Shown: piece after piece, positions 62,227-64,000 of the stretch | How positions within the stretch are numbered: the first letter of the stretch is position 1 | Layout of the letters: each line of letters starts with the position of its first letter | From: Flaccisagitta enflata | Lineage: Eukaryota | Length of the DNA stretch: 64,000 nucleotides | Assembly (NCBI GenBank): GCA_965153355.1 | Contig: OZ231126.1 | Span: 36,642,001 to 36,706,000 of the forward strand | Direction of reading: 5' to 3' | Made by a program: the position numbers and the translations under genes | Notes under the pieces: generated by a model | Database searches by the model: none | What the model saw: only the letters and a program-made list of their open reading frames with translations | What the model was told of the DNA's origin: nothing

Positions 62227-63564
62227 TCGGGAAAAAAGTCGAAGTAAGTCTTCGACTTTTTGACATATTCGAGAGAAACAGGGTTTTCATTTTCTTATGG
62301 GAAAGTTGAGGGTCTCTTCCGGCTGATTGGTCCCTCGAACGAAATTAACAGGGTAAGTAAATTTGATAATTCTCTTTCATTTGGCGCCAGGCAGAAGTCT
62401 CTAGGACAAATATTTTTGAAGTTATGATTTTTTAAAGATTTTTTTGCGAAAAATTTGAATTGAATTTTTTCAATTTTTTTAAGATTTCATGTAGGATCAA
62501 TAAAGGAGTGTACTTTTGTTTGTCTAAGCATGCAAATATCTGTATTGCATAGCTGCTCATCTGTGAGGGTGTTTTTGAGTATTCTAGCTCATTTAGCTCA
62601 TTTAGCTCAGGTTTTTAATGATTTAAAGTGCAATAAATACATAAATGTTTTTATATATGTCTGAGCACAAAATACAAGAAAGCATGTCAGTGAGCATTGC
62701 TGGTCATCTGTGTGCCCTCTACAACCCCCAATGATTTAAAGTGCAATAAATACATAAATGTTTTTATCGGGAAAAAAGTCGAAGTCAGTCTTCGACTTTT
62801 TTATATATTCGAGAGAAACAGGGTTTTCATTTTCTTATGGGGAAGTTGAGGGAAACGATCGACCGAATGAGCCCTCAAACGAAATTGATAGGGTAAGTAA
62901 ATTTGATAATTCTCTTCAATTTGGCGCCAAGCAGAAGTCTCTGGGACAAATATTTTTCGCGCTACGAATTTTTAAAGATTTATTTACGAAAAATTCAAAT
63001 TTAATTTTTTTCGATTTTTTATGATTTCGTGTAGGATCAATAAAGGAGTGTATCTAAGTTTGGTTGAGCAGGCAAATATAAGAAAACATGTTTATGAGCA
63101 TAGCTGCTCATGTGTAAGGGTGATTTTGAGCATTTTAGCTCACTTAGCTCACTTTTTTTACTGATTTCAAATGCGATAAATGAGCAAATATATTGATAGA
63201 TGTTTAAGCAAGCAAATACAAGACAGCATATCAGTGAGCAGAGCTGCTCATCTGTGAGGTTGTTTTTAAGTATTCTAGCTCATTTAGCTCATTTAGCTTG
63301 CTCTTTTTTTCTGATTTCAAAACCGATAAATGAAGAAATGAATAAATTTTTTTATTTAAGCATGCAAATCCAAGAAAGCATGTCTGTAAGCATAGCTGGT
63401 TGTCTGGTAGAGTGATTTTGAATATTTTAGCTCATCTAGCTCATTTGGCACAGTGCAACCAATACATAATATTGCTCTTAATTGGATCTAACAAATAAAA
63501 AAAGTTGCAATGACTGAAGACAAAAGCATGGTGAAAAGTGAACAACCCTTACGACTTTTTTCCT
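62227..63564. mobile_element. Probable TIR element with a ~540-bp tandem duplication of its left portion
   Basis: ATCGGGAAAAAAGTCGAAGT.AGTCTTCGACTTTTT starts at ~62226 and ~62766; possible right TIR CGACTTTTTTCC at ~63552; internal TAGCTCATTTAGCTC subrepeats. Confidence 0.6.
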
Positions 63565-63947
63565 CACGGCGACAGCCGCCATTACTGGTAATATTGGATC
63601 TCAACCCTTAGGCTTCTTAACGACTTGTGTAATTTGAACTTTTTGACATTGACAATTTCTACATTTAAAACTAAATGCAACATAAAAGCTGAGATTCCTT
63701 GACTTTTTAGCCTCAAGTCATTCGTCACTATTTTTAGTCCGGTCTTGGCTGGACGAAGTCCCTCTGGGAATTGTCGACATTACGAAATCAGCTGATTTTT
63801 AGCCGTTGGCAAAAAAATGAATGAATGAATGAATGGATGAGTGACCGACCGGCATGACTGAGTAAAGATTGTCCCTTTTCGGACTCTGCCTCTTCTTAGT
63901 GCGATTCATATTCCAAATTGTAAAAAAAAATGTACAATTCGCAGCGG

Positions 63948-63949
<2 letters not shown>

Positions 63950-64000
<51 letters not shown>
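63950..64000. repeat. (CT)n microsatellite running off the window end
   Basis: Direct inspection. Confidence 0.97.

Overview
Repeat-dense, AT-rich eukaryotic DNA, most likely from an invertebrate animal, and apparently intergenic or intronic. I found no credible protein-coding gene, RNA gene or CRISPR array; the longer ORFs arise from microsatellites, minisatellites or transposon-internal tandem arrays. The window is built from five components. (1) Around 30 short non-autonomous Helentron/DINE-1-like elements (family A: T-run start, subterminal inverted repeats, CCGT/CGGT microsatellite, 3' hairpin, CTTGTT end). (2) Eleven copies of a second Helentron-like family (B: GGGCAGCGGCCCC inverted repeats around variable 20-21-bp arrays). 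(3) Several TIR MITE families with readable target-site duplications (TA, TTAA, 4, 8 and 10 bp). (4) Mini- and satellite arrays with units of 10/11, 28, 90, ~190, ~540 and ~573 bp. (5) Many (GA)n, (GAAA)n, (GAA)n and (CA)n tracts. The most notable observations are tandem arrays that appear to have inserted as units into existing elements, a fixed-spacing palindromic GAAAG-N13-CTTTC module shared by otherwise unrelated elements, covarying inverted repeats across Helentron-like subfamilies, and deep reciprocal nesting. Coordinates were read by eye and may be off by a few bases.
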